From the NCBI GenBank assembly GCA_020854115.1, contig JADZGC010000004.1:1665-65664 (forward strand): a stretch of DNA of 64,000 nucleotides, in the 5' to 3' direction. Source of the DNA: a bacterium (GTDB lineage: Bacteria; Patescibacteriota; Saccharimonadia; CAILAD01; GCA-016700035). Numbering within the stretch: the first letter of the stretch is position 1; each line of letters opens with the position of its first letter. Position numbers and translations under genes: made by a program. The notes under the pieces are model-generated. The model ran no database searches, was not told the DNA's origin, and saw only the letters and a list, made by a program, of their open reading frames with translations. This document shows, piece by piece, positions 63,892-64,000 of the stretch.

Positions 63892-64000
63892 ATGAAACGC
63901 ATTTTATCTGGTATCAAACCGTCTGGAGACGCCCATCTTGGGAGCTATCTGGGGGCTATGAAGCAATGGCCAAAATATCAGGGGTCGAATCACGAAGTAT
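63892..64000 (+). CDS. trpS: Tryptophanyl-tRNA synthetase, 5' part (continues beyond window)
   Basis: [26 protein letters not shown] matches the TrpRS N-terminus with its HIGH-like motif. Confidence 0.7.
   Translation, partial: MKRILSGIKPSGDAHLGSYLGAMKQWPKYQGSNHEV

Noticed and set aside
1-64000. An alternative genetic code (stop-codon reassignment) as the explanation for the in-frame TAA codons in ndk and upstream of the PrsA-like gene.
   Set aside because: TAA, TAG and TGA each terminate many conserved genes here at the expected lengths (for example pilB, thrS and miaA end on TAA, and pilO and several others on TGA). Global reassignment is therefore not supported; local error, a pseudogene or readthrough remain possible.
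1-64000. CRISPR arrays or other tandem repeat arrays.
   Set aside because: No direct repeats of 24-40 nt with regular spacing were seen anywhere in the window.

Overview
The window is 64 kb from a small-genome, Gram-positive-like bacterium with about 48-50% GC. Its gene content suggests the Candidate Phyla Radiation, most likely a Saccharibacteria/TM7-like lineage; the supporting traits are a MurT/GatD pair, a ThrRS lacking the N-terminal TGS domain, a PaaX-like protein and many leaderless starts, and the assignment is my inference. The standard genetic code applies: TGA, TAA and TAG all end conserved genes at the expected lengths. The first 11 kb is a complete type IV pilus locus. It runs pilN(partial)-pilO-small protein-pilB-pilT-pilC-pilA-pilD, then three minor pilins with class III signal peptides and a large PilX-like Cys-rich pilin. 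A Xer recombinase and a Wzy_C/O-antigen-ligase-like protein with TPR repeats follow. The rest is housekeeping and cell-envelope genes. These include dedA, an M16 peptidase, ndk interrupted by an in-frame TAA, a PrsA-like PPIase, a GT39-like GT-C membrane glycosyltransferase and a DEAD-box helicase. There is a processive GT2 synthase paired with a WecA/MraY-family transferase, followed by rplY, nrdR, dinB, thrS, miaA and murT-gatD. Further genes are rpmB, a site-2 protease, purF, a HIT protein, uppP, rnhA, a WbaP-like sugar transferase with a GT4 and a DUF4012-like protein, and infC-rpmI-rplT with infC starting on ATT. A DUF4446-bactofilin operon, comM/yifB, a galT-like gene, an MGDG-synthase-like GT28, a class I fba, smpB, argS, a UvrD-type helicase-nuclease, a SprT/DUF45-like metallopeptidase, rmuC and the start of trpS complete the set. 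RNA genes are tRNA-Arg(CCT), Asp(GTC), Gly(CCC), Thr(CGT), Val(GAC) and Pro(GGG), RNase P RNA (type A) and tmRNA. No CRISPR array was found. Observations worth follow-up are listed here. Two conserved genes, ndk and the prsA-like upstream region, each carry an in-frame 'GAC TAA'. An extended -10 element TGGTACAAT recurs immediately upstream of start codons, implying leaderless mRNAs. Three near-identical palindromic terminators share the form AAAAGCCCC-N4-GGGGCTTTT. A 22-bp perfect palindrome sits upstream of the DEAD-box helicase. A T-box-like leader precedes thrS. PilT carries a 126-aa disordered N-terminal extension. A BtpA-like fragment and an IS630-family transposase fragment lie beside tmRNA. 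There are several glycosylation, glycolipid and polysaccharide loci.
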